From contig OX597820.1 of the NCBI GenBank assembly GCA_951406725.2, positions 10,230,001 through 10,294,000 of the forward strand: a stretch of 64,000 nucleotides of DNA, read 5' to 3'. A program made the position numbers and the translations under genes. Of this stretch, positions 15,093 through 28,168 are shown one piece after another (positions within the stretch are counted from its first letter, which is position 1; each line of letters opens with the position of its first letter). Source of the stretch: Octopus vulgaris. Taxonomy: Eukaryota. Under the pieces are notes generated by a model, which worked only from the letters and a program-made list of their open reading frames with translations, was not told where the DNA came from and ran no database searches.

Positions 15093-15626
15093 TGTAGCAT
15101 TAAATGTTCGGCTGCTCTGAAACGCTACTTAAATCAGGCCACAGATATGAATTCATGAGACACGAGTTGTTAATCTAATACATCACCCAACAGAGCATTA
15201 AGCTTCTAGAAATTAATTTGATAAAAATGATTGAAATATATCTTACAAAGCAACAATATTCAGCTTTTATAAATGCGTTACAGTCCAATGAAGGCGAATG
15301 GCGGAATTCATGCAGCATCACCCTCTCCTCCACCCCTTGTTCTTTATTGTTTTACGTGTATTTAGTTTTTCGCATTAATTATCATGTAATTAATAAGTTT
15401 TCGGCGAGTATTGTTTCGTTACTTATTCATATTCGTTCGTGACTGTCGTATCTTTATGCTTAAACATATGTTAACAAGTGTCGTATCGATTTCTGACCGA
15501 AAACCACACAAGGAAAAGCAACTTGGAAAGTGAAAGTAGCATTACGTTCATCTGACTTGCAAATATTTCCATATATTTCATGATGTTTATGGCTATGCTA
15601 TCATACTGTACACATACAGACGCACA

Positions 15627-15680
<54 letters not shown>

Positions 15681-15982
15681 TCACGGATACATGTATATAT
15701 GCATGTACACTTCCCTCTCTCTCTCAAAGCCTAATGTATCTCCTTTCTCTCTCCATCTCTCTCTCTCTCTCTGTCCTCTCTCTCCCTGCTCCTTTCAGGT
15801 TACATGCGAAGTAGATCAGACGCTACTAGCTCACTTGTTAAATTAACTTCCAGCCATAAAACTTCAAGAAAGCAAAACAATATATATATATATATATATA
15901 TGGCAAACTATAAATAAAATAAGATACAGGTGGAGCTCCGCTGTCGTCGCAGCCCTATGAGTGAAAATATTGAATATATATA

Positions 15983-16118
15983 TAGTTGGAATTTACAAAA
16001 AGCAAACAATAGACGAAGACAGGTATGTAAACAACAAACAGATGTATTAGTTTAATGCTCGGGAAGTGAGAAAGTCTTTTACGTTTCGAGCCTACGCTCT
16101 TCAACGGAAAGGAACACA
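15983..16118 (-). mobile_element. Family P3 copy with variant hammerhead-like motif
   Basis: Minus strand TTT-CCGTTGA-A-GAGC gtag GCTC-GAAA-CG-TA-AAA at 16077-16110; ends against (TA)n. Confidence 0.6.
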
Positions 16119-16212
16119 TAAATAAATAGAGAGAGAGAGAGAATATATATATACATACATACATACACATATATATATATGAACTTATATATATTTATAA
16201 ATACATACACAC

Positions 16213-16262
<50 letters not shown>

Positions 16263-16281
16263 ATGTATATATATATATATG

Positions 16282-16411
<130 letters not shown>

Positions 16412-16561
16412 GTATGTATAAATATTTTATAATATATTATTATTAATATCAGGAGATCAATATTAGAAAATTCTTCAAAAAGATATATACGTGTGTAAGA
16501 TAATTGTTTTATTAAAATTATAAATATATATAAAAATATATGTAAATATGTATTTTTTTTT

Positions 16562-16938
16562 TTTACTTGTTTCAGTCATTTGACTGTTGCCATGCTGGAG
16601 CACCGCCTTTGGTCGAGCAAATCGACTCCGGGACTTATTCTTTGTAAGCCCAGTACTTATTCTATCGGTCTCTTTTGCCGAACCGCTAAGTGACGGGGAC
16701 GTAAACACACCAGCATCGGTTGTCAAGCAATGCTAGGGGGACAAACAGACACACGAACACACACATACATATACATACATATATACGACAGGCTTCTTTC
16801 AGTTTCCGTCTACCAAATCCACTCACAAGGCATTGGTCGGCCCGGGGCTATAGCAGATGACACTTGCCCAAGATGCCACGCAGTGGGACTGAACCCGGAA
16901 CCATGTGGTTGGTTAGCAAGCTACTTACCACACAGCCA
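16562..16938 (-). mobile_element. SINE family A
   Basis: Close match to the family consensus. Confidence 0.9.
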
Positions 16939-17017
16939 AGTATAAATATATAATGTATATGACAGATTAAAAATTTTGAATGAAGTTTTTAAAGCATCTT
17001 ATGATCGTTTCACAGAA

Positions 17018-17207
17018 GCAAATCGACCCCAGGACTTATTCTTTGTAAGCCTAGTACTTATTCTATCGGTCTCTTTAACCGAACCGCTAAGTTACGGGGA
17101 CGTAAATACACAAGCATCGGTTGTCAAGCGATGCTGGGGAGTAGGGGACAAACACATACACACACACACGCATACAAACACACATGCGCACGCACGCACG
17201 CACACAC

Positions 17208-17294
<87 letters not shown>

Positions 17295-17445
17295 CATATA
17301 TACGACGGGCTTCTTTCAGTTTCCGTCTACCAAATCCAATCACAGGGCTTTGGTCGGCCCGAGACTATAGTACAAGACACTTGCCCAAGGTGCCACGCAG
17401 TGGGACTGAACCCGGAACCATGTCGTTCGCATGTAAGCTACTTAT
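17018..17445 (-). mobile_element. SINE family A with expanded internal (CA)n
   Basis: Both halves match the consensus around an approximately 130-nt (CA)n tract. Confidence 0.85.
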
Positions 17446-17486
<41 letters not shown>

Positions 17487-17934
17487 TATACATACATATA
17501 CATACATATATATATGCATATACGTATGCATGTTTGTAATGATTATATATGCATGCGTATATGAGTTTACACATACGTTATACGTGTATGTCTTTGCGTG
17601 TGTGTTGATACGTACATACAATACATAGCCTATACATATATGCACACGCACTCACACACGTATGGATGCGTACGTTAGCAAATATGGCTTCTAAGGCGGA
17701 ATGTTCTTTCTGATTTGAGATGTATCATTGGAGGAACGTGTCCATCGTTTCATAAACGACATTTACAACGTTGAGAAATATCTCCATTGCATTCACACAT
17801 TTCTTACTCTAAATATCGCCCTCCAATACGTTACGGCCTGTCTTTAGGCATATTAACACTAACCTAGCACTATACTGGCAACCAGATCAAAGAATTAATC
17901 ACACGCACACACACATGCAAATACAATCCTAATA

Positions 17935-17992
<58 letters not shown>

Positions 17993-18027
17993 ACACACAA
18001 GCACACGAACACATTCATATACACTCA

Positions 18028-18063
<36 letters not shown>

Positions 18064-18077
18064 TGTATGTATGTATG

Positions 18078-18120
<43 letters not shown>

Positions 18121-18358
18121 ATATCTATACACACACACACATATATATATACATATATACAAACACACATATATACCTATGCATATGCATGTATATAATA
18201 TATATACGTATGTATAAATATAAACATATGTTTATATATATACATATATATAAATATATATATGTATATATATATATATATCTACACACACACACACATA
18301 TATATTCACATATATATAAATATGCATATATATATATGTATCTACATATCAATATATG

Positions 18359-18393
<35 letters not shown>

Positions 18394-18457
18394 ACATATA
18401 TATCTGCATTTATATATTTATTCAAACCTCCGGAAATATATACAGCGTTTGTGTATG

Positions 18458-18494
<37 letters not shown>

Positions 18495-18546
18495 ATACAT
18501 ACATACCTAGTGTTCTATTGCTCCAGGCGTACACACTTACAAACAC

Positions 18547-18600
<54 letters not shown>

Positions 18601-19149
18601 TTATTAATATAGACACATAGTCATATAACTAACTTCAAACAGTCTATGCAAGACTTACTAGAATTTCAGCTTTCGACTTAATCGTTTCGTTGTTGTTTGG
18701 CTGGGATATGACCTAAGGGGTTGTTGTCAGACTGGAGGCGAACGACACATCATTTTGAAGAATAGCGGAATAAACACCAATCTGTCTTATTATTTTGTGT
18801 GTGATTATACTTGTGGATATGTGTATAGATGAGCTGCTTGTCTCCGTTGTCATTAGAAATCTACAGACAGCTACACTTAGTTTATACAAAGTAATTCTAC
18901 TCCTGCTCATTAATACGGGAAGTGATGCCAACAAAAAGAAATCTTGTTAAAGGAATCACGAATACCAGACGGCAGATCACATGATAATGATGAATGTTTC
19001 TTGTAATGGTATGACAAGTTTCTTATAGAGGTATGACAAGTTGAGATAAATTAATAATTAGTCTGAAGATTATCTCTGGGTGAGCCATCGTTCGTACTGG
19101 CCGTGTATATTCAATAGAATTAACCCAAGAAATTAATCACTTTTTTACT

Positions 19150-19600
19150 CACTTTTTTCTCGCCCCTCCTTAGTTCTTCTGTCCATCTGCTTCTACAACT
19201 CTCTCCCTTCTCCTCTCCCTCCTTAATTCTTATTCGTTCATTCCACTCTTAATTCTTTCTTTCCCCCTCTCTCACATTTCTTTGCCTTTCTTACGTTTCA
19301 CTTCCCTGAGTCCCTGTCGTTTTTTCTCGCCCCTCCTTAATTCTTCTGTCCATCTGCTTTTACAACTCTCTCCCTTCTCTTCTCCCTCCTTAATTCTTAT
19401 TCGTTCATTCCACTCTTCATTCTTTCTTTCCCCCTCTCTCACATTCCTTTGCCTTTCTTACTCACTTTTCACTTCACTGTGTCCCTGTCGCTTTTTCTCG
19501 CTCCTCCTTGGTTCTTCTGTCCATTTGCTTCTGCGGCTCTCTTTCTTCTCTTCCCCATCCTTAAATTCTTTTGTTCCTCTTTTTCTCTCTCTTCTCTTCT
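19150..19600. repeat. Pyrimidine-rich minisatellite, ~170-bp unit, ~2.5 copies
   Basis: TTTTTCTCGC(C/T)CCTCCTT recurs near 19154, 19321 and 19492. Confidence 0.85.
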
Positions 19601-20564
19601 CACGTGACCGATGGGCCAGACTGCTAACCCTCTTTTTGCGTCTGACTGTGGTCACTGTCACGTCGATATTCTTCCCTGTGTTCGTGAAAGTTCTATTTCT
19701 CTGCCGTAAGGCTTCATTTCCACACACGCCAGCTGAAATCAATTCGTCCCCAGTCGAAAGACACCTGTTGTTATGTCCTGCTGTTATTATTATTATTATT
19801 TTTATTGTATTTTCGTGTATACTAGAAGACATTTGCCAAAAATGGCGTGCAGCAGGATTCAACACAAAACTACATGAGTGCAAAACGAGCTTCTTAGCCA
19901 CGCGGCCACCGTTGCGACCATATTCAGCAAAGATTTCTGTCGCGAGATCTCCAACCCCTTCTTTGTTTATAGAAAGAATTACAATTTCGAACCGAGTCAC
20001 GTTTCTCCTTAAATCAGTCCCATAATGATACTGAACCATATCAGTATTTATTGTTATCCCTTCCCGTAACTAGGAAGTAATTTTTGATAACCGTTAATTA
20101 TCTCCATTATATTAAGCTACTGTTTACGCAAGCAACGAAAATCAATGAAACGTTTGTTATTTGAGTTAATGGTGCGTTGACTGTGTTTTGATTGAATGCA
20201 ATTCTGTAGCACAGAATATGTTTACAATCTTTTAGAGAACACTGCATGTGTAGACGTAAAGCATACCGAACTCGTATGTAGAATATCTTCGTGAAAACAA
20301 AAGCAGGATCAACGTGTTTTGCGCTGATATTTCGTTAGCAACTGTGCACCCTCGCTAACTATCCGTAGATACACACTCTTACAAAGAGCAGAAGTAAATT
20401 CGAGATAACAATTTGTGCTTGTAACGAATACTTGGTGCAACTCTATGTTTTATTTGAATGCAACAAATCTATAGATTTCTTGGGAACATTATATGTATTG
20501 AGAGTTGCGAACATCTCTTTTGTAAATAGAATTTCCTTTTAGTGAGAAAAGATAGGCTACAATA

Positions 20565-20785
20565 GCTATTTCTTTACTACCCACAGACAGGACAAATAAG
20601 GACAGACAAACGGATAAAGTCGATTACATCGACCCCAGTGCTTAACTGGTACTTAATTTATCGACCCCGAAAGGATGAAAGTCAAAGTCGACCTCGGCGG
20701 AATTTGAACTCAGAACGTAACGGTAGACGAAGTACGGCTACGCATTTCGCCCGACGTGCTAACGTTTCTGCCAGCTCGTCGCCTA
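20565..20785 (-). mobile_element. SINE family B
   Basis: Full head-body-tail match to the family. Confidence 0.85.
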
Positions 20786-21369
20786 GATTACAATACCCTT
20801 AGTAAAATGCTGCTTAAGTAACTGGCTGACAGTTAAGCAGCATCGCTGATTGACAGGTAGCGGTCTCGTTCATGGCACCTCCTCCTCTTGGTTCGAAGGC
20901 GTTTACCACCAAACAGCTGGTCGGCTCTGGCTGCTGGAACTAAAACTAATACGACGCTGTTGGAAGGCAGGTTTAGAGAGAGCGCAGGCTAAGATTGCGC
21001 TCTTCCTCTCCACTGGTCAGTTGAAGTTTAGACAATGTTACGTGACAACAAGCTGGTGCTGGCTGCTGGAGCCTATCAACGAGTATTTAAAGGGAAATTT
21101 GACAGGATTGTCAGTCGCCCGCTGACATTCGAAGAGGCCAGGGAACAGAAGAAAGGAGAAAGAAGAAATGCACTCAACGCCAGAGATGAAGACACTTCCA
21201 AAACGTGGGGGACACCACGTCAAAAACGGTAGAGGGGTGGGGGCCGAAACCGGACGTGGTTCCTCCTGATGATGTCTTTAGTCAATGGATCCCATAAAGG
21301 AGCTGTTCAGGTAGCAAACCACGAAAGGCGGTTAGAATTCCCCCATCTCAATGATTGCATTTCCTTCTT

Positions 21370-21612
21370 CTTCTACTCTAGGCACATGGCCCGAAATTCT
21401 AGGGGAGGAGGCCAGTCGATTATATCTACCCCAGTACGCAACTGGTACTTAATTTATCGACCCCGAAAGGATGAGAGGCAAAGTCGACCTCGGTGGAATT
21501 TGAACTCAGAACGTAAAGACGAACGAAATACCTATTTCTTTACTACCCACAAGGGGCTAAACACAGAGGGGACAAAAAGGAAAGACAAACGGATTAAATC
21601 GATTGTATCGAC
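21370..21612 (-). mobile_element. SINE family B, 5'-truncated dimer
   Basis: Both tail types joined by GAAATACCTATTTCTTTAC. Confidence 0.85.
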
Positions 21613-21639
21613 CTATGTGTGTATATATATATGTGTGTG

Positions 21640-22100
21640 TTAGTTCTTCCTGTGCTCCCGAGTAATTGAGCAGTAAATTGACGTTACTGGATTCTATTGG
21701 CGGCACTTTTCTCCGCATCTGGTCATGTGATATCGGCCTCCTTCATGTCAGTAATGAATGTTCTGCACCACGTAGTGTTCGGTCTTCCTCTCTCTTCCGC
21801 CCCACCTCCCGCCGCCTCCAGTGGTGTCCATTTATAGGCTGTTTTAGAATGGCATTGTTGTGGTTCCCGTATTATATGACCTGCTAGTTTTAATCTTCGT
21901 TCTCTGACAATTTCGCTAAGTGCTCTTGCGTAGGTTCTCTTTCGAATGTCTTCATTCGTTATATGTTCTTGCCGGTTTGTTCTCAGAATCTTTCTCAAAC
22001 ATCTTCCTACATAAATTCGGCCCTGATCTAGCACAAAGCAAGTACGGAACTCATCTCTTGCATTATTCAATGCTTATTACAAAACGGTATTTTGAGACTC
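21640..22100 (-). pseudogene. RTE-clade LINE reverse-transcriptase C-terminal remnant
   Basis: ORF 21723-22070 has RCLRKIL..HITNEDIRKRT..EIVRERRLKLAGHIIR..RGRPNTTW, a typical RTE C-terminus, with in-frame stops. Confidence 0.85.
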
Positions 22101-22254
22101 CTGCATTCAGTGCCCAATCGATATCAATATATTTGTCCCTTTCGTTGATGTTGTTGTTGTTCTTCTTAATATTCAAATCGGAATTGCGTGCCAGATCTCT
22201 TTCATCAGATCTGTTTATACCACACACAGTAACACCCACACAGGCCCAGTCGGT

Positions 22255-24305
22255 GTGTGTGTGTGAGTGTCAGTGTATGTGCGTGCGTGCATGCGTGAAT
22301 ATGTGTGCGTGAGTGTAGCGTGCATGTGTGTGTGTGTGTCTATGAGCGTAGCATGCCTGTGTGTATGTGCGTGCGTGCGTGCATACATGTGTGCGTGCGT
22401 ATGTGTGCGTGAGTGTAGCGTGAATGAGTGTGTGTGTGTGTGTGTGTGAGCGTTGCATGTCTGTGTGTGTCTGTGTGTGCGTGTTAGCGTTGCGTGTGCG
22501 TGCATACATGTATGCGTGTGTATGTGTGTGTGAGCGTATCGTGCGTTTGCGAGTGTGTGTGTGTGCGTGTGTGTAGGGTACCTACGTGTGTGCGTGTGTG
22601 TGCGTGTGTCTGTGCGTGCGTGTGTGTCTGTGTATGTGTTGTTCTTTATTGCTTTAGTCGTGCACTCAACATCGACAATACCACCCCCTCCATCACCATC
22701 GCCACCACCACCACCACCATCTCCTCCGCCACCACCACCACCACCACCAACAACAACAACAGCCTACAACGACAACGACGGTAGAAACAATAATAACAAG
22801 CGCCATTTTTATTCCGTTTTGTCCTTGGTGTGTTTTTCTTTTTTCCTAATTTTCTTTTTCTTATCTTGTTGGTTGTTTATTTGAAATGATATTTTCTTCT
22901 TCTTCTTCTTCTTCTTCTTCTTCTTCTTCTTCTTCTTCTTCTTCTTCTTCTTCTTCTTCTTCTTCTTCTTCTTCTTCTTCTTCTTCTTCTTTCAAGCATC
23001 TTCCCAACATTAAGTCCCACTCAGCTTCATTGTTCCATGTCATGCAATCATCATTTTGTCGTCATCGTCATCGTCATCGCCGCCGTCATCTTCATCGTCA
23101 TCGCAGTTGTTGTTATTGTTGTTATCGTCTTCAGCATCGTCCTTCTCATCATCTTTAGTTTATTTCCTCCTCCCCACCCCCTTTTTTACTGCTAATATTT
23201 ATAATTTCTTTATTCATTATTTTTCTTTCCATTTATCTTTTTGTTTTCTTTCATTTCGTTATTCACTTTCCTTTTCCTTTCCTTTCATACAGTAATTCAT
23301 TCATATATTGCTTATTTCCTTCGTTCTTTCTTTTTTGCGAAACATTATCGTCCTCCTCCTCCTCATCATCATCAACATAACCAAACTACTAACCCTCATC
23401 TCAACCCCCCCCCCGCCATCACCACCACCATCAGCTCATCATTACTCTCACCGCCACCACCATCGCCAGCGTAACCGCTGTCTCCACAGTGCCGCAGCCA
23501 GTGGTGTCACCGCCGCCGTACAGGAGAAAGCGTCATTGCAGCCATCGTCCTCGTTCTTCTTCTTCTTCTTCTTCTTCTTCTTCTTCTTCTTCTTCTTTTT
23601 CTTCTTCTTTTTCTTCTTCTCCTTCTTCTTCTTCTTCTTCTTCTTCATTTTCTTCTTCTTCTCTTCTTCTTCTTCTACTTCTTCTTCTTCTCCTCTTCTT
23701 CTCCTTTTCTTCTTCTTCTTCTTCTTCTTCTTCTTCTTCTTCTTCTTCTTCATTTTCTTCCTGCTTCTCCTGCTCCTCCTCCTTCATTCCCTCCCCTCCT
23801 TTTTCCTCTTCCCTACCTCCTTGTCGTCGTCATCCCTCCCTCCCTTCCCCCTCCCCTTCCTCCTTTTCTTCTCCCCTCCCCCAGCCATTCATCGATCGCC
23901 AATTATTCATCTTGATCTGTCTCCTTCATATTTTAAGGCGAGGGTGGTTGGTCGCGGGTGGTGTGTGTTGTATTCTTGAAGATTATCTTTTGTTTCGAAG
24001 AATAAAATCAGTTTTAAACTGTAATTAATTGGTTGAATAGAAGAGTAGCGTGATGTTTGGATGGAAAAGAGGGGGGTTCGATTCTGGTAAAGATGCCTTC
24101 ACCGCATTCATCATTGTCCTCCACTTCGGCGTTGTTGTCGTCGTTATCATCATCATCATCATCATCATCATCTCATCATCATCATCATCATCATCATCCT
24201 CATAATCGTCATCATCTTCGTCGTCGTCGTTGTCTTCATCGTTGACGTTATCATCATCATCATCATCATCACCATCGTCGTCCTCATCGTCGTCATCATC
24301 ATCAT
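22255..24305. repeat. 2-kb low-complexity block: degenerate (TG)n, (CAC)n, (CAA)n, (TTC)n, (CAT)n
   Basis: Directly visible; generates poly-E/K/S/F/D pseudo-ORFs. Confidence 0.95.
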
Positions 24306-24485
24306 AAAAAGGTTGCAAGGCGCAACGAAAATTTTAGGAAAATAAAAATAAGAAATAAGTGGAAATTTTACCGGTGAGTGTGTTACCTTATAAGGCACAA
24401 AAAGAAAATGACTCTCCCCAGACACAACAGAATATGCTTCAACACACGAACTCATATAAAGAATCTTGCAAACCAAATTCAAAAA

Positions 24486-24532
<47 letters not shown>

Positions 24533-24709
24533 GCGGCGTACATACACCGAAGTCGACTTTGCCTTTTATCCTACGGGGTCGAAAAATTAAGTACCAGTGG
24601 TGTACTGTGGTCGATCTAATCGACTTGTTCCCTCCCCCAGAATTTCGGACGTTGTACCGAGAGTAAAAAAAATGGTGGTGTCGAATACTGGTGGAAGTGT
24701 TTGCAGTAG

Positions 24710-24880
24710 AAGGTGCTTAGCTTAGTGGTTGGGGTATTCAGCCCACGATCGGAAGGTTGTGAGTTCGATTACCGGTGGTACAGTGTGTCCTTGAGCAAGA
24801 TACTCTATTTCACGTTGCTCCCGTCAATTCAGCCGGCAAAAGTGTGTTGTACCTGTATGTGAAAGGGCCAGCCATGACAC
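24710..24880 (+). mobile_element. SINE family C, diverged
   Basis: TAGCTTAGTGGTT A box, GAGTTCGATTACC B box, TGTGTCCTTGAGCAAGA block. Confidence 0.7.
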
Positions 24881-25590
24881 ACAGGATCTCTCTGGGAATT
24901 ACGTAAAGCCAGAAACTTTTCAGCACCCATCCGCATACTGGTCCAATTCCCGTAGATTTCGACCTTACCTTTCATTCCACCCGTTTCGATAAAATAAATT
25001 ACCAGTGAAGTACTAACGTCGATAAAAGCGACTCATCGTTCTCTCCAAAATATCTCTGGCCCTAAACATGAACAACAAACGATTAATTTTTCCTCATTCT
25101 CCTGATACATAATACACGTAAACCAAACATTTACGCAGTCACAGCAAATTTTGACTAAAAACAATGTTTTAATTTAATTTTAGTGTTTTTTTTTTTCTGA
25201 TCACGAAAAAGACTTTCCTCGGCAGATTCACAGGCTGAAGCAAAGCTGTTTCCTCGGAAGTATTTAATTCTTTGATGTATTTAGATTTAATTATACAAAA
25301 GACTGCTATACTAACCAGTTTACAGCTCTGTGTTATAATTTCCACATAATCACTCATGGAGCATCCTCTTTATAGCGTAATGCTTTCGGTTATATTCCCT
25401 GCTGAGCAGTTCACATGTTTCCATTATCAAACGTGTTACGTTTTACACTCTAGAACAACGATATAAACACTCAACGGCTACAACGGCAACAGTTATAAGG
25501 TTAACAGAAAAAATAAACGAAACAAAAACAAAGACAGGAACTCACAAATGTAACACTTATACACACACACACACACACACACACATATGC

Positions 25591-25626
<36 letters not shown>

Positions 25627-25890
25627 GAATGCATGTGTGTATGTGTGTGTGTCTGTGTGTGCGTTGTAGCGTGTGTGCATGTGGTGGTAATTGTGTGCGT
25701 GAGTGTATGGTGTATGAATAGCGGTAGCGTGTGCGTGTGTGGTCGTAACTGTGTGTCTGTGTTAGGATCTGTGTGCTTGAGTGTGTTTGCATGTGTTCTG
25801 GGGTCGTTCATTCGACTAAAAATTCTTCAATGCGGTGCCCCAGCATGGCCGCAGTTCGATTATCTTTCACCCTATATCTGTAATATATAT

Positions 25891-26093
25891 ATGTGACCTC
25901 GTGAGTACCGCTGCCGATTTTTTTCCTCTGTCTTCCCTTCTCTGGATCTTTCCTTCTCCTATGTTACCGCCGAAGAGCTCCGCTCGAAACGTTAAATCCT
26001 CCTTCTTCCCTTCTTTCCTGAGCGTCCAATAATACTTTATTTGTTCCACGTCCTCGCGTTGGTGCGTTTTTTTTTGTGTTTTCTTGTTTGGAT

Positions 26094-26098
<5 letters not shown>
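25891..26098 (+). mobile_element. Family P2, ~205-bp (TA)n-flanked non-coding element with hammerhead-like motif
   Basis: Runs TGTGACC...GGATTAACTA, the same ends as the copy at 48907-49107; internal CCGCCGA-A-GAGC tcc GCTC-GAAACGTTAAA. Confidence 0.75.
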
Positions 26099-26156
<58 letters not shown>

Positions 26157-26158
26157 AT

Positions 26159-26334
26159 AGGCGCAGGCTATTTGTGCCAAGAAGCTTGTTTCCCCACCGC
26201 ATGGCTTCGGGTTCAGTTTCACTACGTGCCATCTTGGGAAAGTGTCTTCTACTATAGCTGCGGGCCGACCAACGCCTTGTGAGTGGATTTGGTAGATGGA
26301 AACTGAAAGTAGCCCGTCATATTTACACACACAC

Positions 26335-26415
<81 letters not shown>

Positions 26416-26655
26416 CGTATATAATTATGCGTATGTGTGTGTGACTCTTTTTGACCCATGCCATCGCTTGACAACCGATGCCGGTGTGTTTAAGTTGCCG
26501 TAACCTAGCGATTCGGCAAAAGAGAACGATAGAATAAGCACAAGGCTTACAAAGAAGAATTCTTGGGATCAATTTCTTCCACTAAAAAAAAATCCTTTAA
26601 GGTTGTACTCCAGCCTGGCCGCAGTCAAACGACTGAAACAAGTAAAAGAATAAAA
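26159..26655 (+). mobile_element. SINE family A
   Basis: Head, internal (CA)n and tail GACTGAAACAAGTAAAAGAATAAAAG. Confidence 0.85.
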
Positions 26656-27172
26656 GAAATATATACATACACATACACCCCCTACGACTAAGACGCTGTT
26701 CAACCCAAAGACTTGATAGAAACCATTTACTCAAGATCAAGTCACCGAGCGGTAGGATCGAACCTCGAACCACGTGTGTACTAACGGTACGTCAGAACCA
26801 TGCATCTATGCTTACAGTCCTTGGATCAATATGGAGCTGCATTGGCGTCCGCTTATCAGATTCCGCTTTGAAAGTATCATATTTCGTGACTAAGAAACCT
26901 TGTAATTGCCATCGCTGTTGTTGTTGTTGTTGTTGTTATTTTTGAAATCTTAGATTCTGTATTGACAGGAAGTTGCTTAACGGTGTATCGTCATTATTCG
27001 TCATTCTCCTAATTTATCTCTTCTTTCTATTTTTTTTCTCTCTGTAATCGAAGAGTTTGGACAAGAAGTCACAAGTGACTTGCGACTATTGATTCGCTTA
27101 TCTTATCCATTCCACACATTTATAAATACAAACACACAAATAGACGTGTTATTTGTTTATTCATTATTATTA

Positions 27173-27224
<52 letters not shown>

Positions 27225-27253
27225 CATTATTATTATTATTATCATTATTATTA

Positions 27254-27288
<35 letters not shown>

Positions 27289-27307
27289 GTTGTTGTTATT
27301 GATTGAT

Positions 27308-27639
27308 TGAGAGAGCAGTGCGTGCCATCAAAATGACACTGGGGTAAAATATACGAAGCCCAGTATACCCATCATGACTACCCGTCTGATAAGCGTACAC
27401 CAGACACATGCAACACAACAATATATGCGCGATGTGGTGATCTCATATCGAGATAAACAGCGCATGACCTTGCAGGTGGGGCCCAGTCAGAATTTTTTTC
27501 TGGTCGAGCGGTCCATCCCGCTCAAATGTTCATTGAATAAGGGTTGATTAAAAATGTTGAACGAACCATCCATGTTCCCAAATGTGAAATATCCAAACCA
27601 CCAAGAAGTCCTTTCAACACACGGCTATGATGCTCCCCC

Positions 27640-27641
<2 letters not shown>
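27308..27641 (-). mobile_element. Non-coding insert embedded in (TTA)n; possibly the 3' UTR of an R4/Dong-type LINE
   Basis: About 330 bp of complex sequence bounded by long (TTA)n arrays at 27165-27300 and 27641-27815. The family assignment is inferred only from the target. Confidence 0.45.
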
Positions 27642-27714
<73 letters not shown>

Positions 27715-27728
27715 CATCATCATCATCA

Positions 27729-27801
<73 letters not shown>

Positions 27802-27999
27802 CATTATTATTATTTATATCTACTCCCATTTCGCCTGCCATTTCATCAAGTTCTGTTATTCAGATAATATTTTACATGTTTTTTTTTTATTGTTATCACT
27901 TAAACAGTGGAACCGGACATAACATGAAATATCATGAGCTGTTACGTAATATTGCTTTTAGAATTTGTCGCAATGTCAACAGATATGTGGGAGGGAGTA

Positions 28000-28168
28000 A
28001 GTTGATTACATCTTCCCCAGTACGTAGCTGATACTTATTTTAGAGACACCGAATGGATGAAAGGCAAAATCGACCTGAACGGAATTTGAACTCAGAACGT
28101 AGCGGCAGATGAAATACTGCTAAGCATTTCGCCCGGCGTGCTAACGTCTCTACCAGCTCGCCGCCTTA
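28000..28168 (-). mobile_element. SINE family B
   Basis: Head CCAGCTCGCCGCCTT and body match the family. Confidence 0.8.

Noticed and set aside
19282-20039. 247-aa and 193-aa overlapping ORFs
   Set aside because: Arise from the stop-poor pyrimidine minisatellite plus a SINE fragment.
20855-20915. Possible HDV-like ribozyme (ACCTCCTC..GGT)
   Set aside because: The P1/P2/P3 order could not be made to fit.
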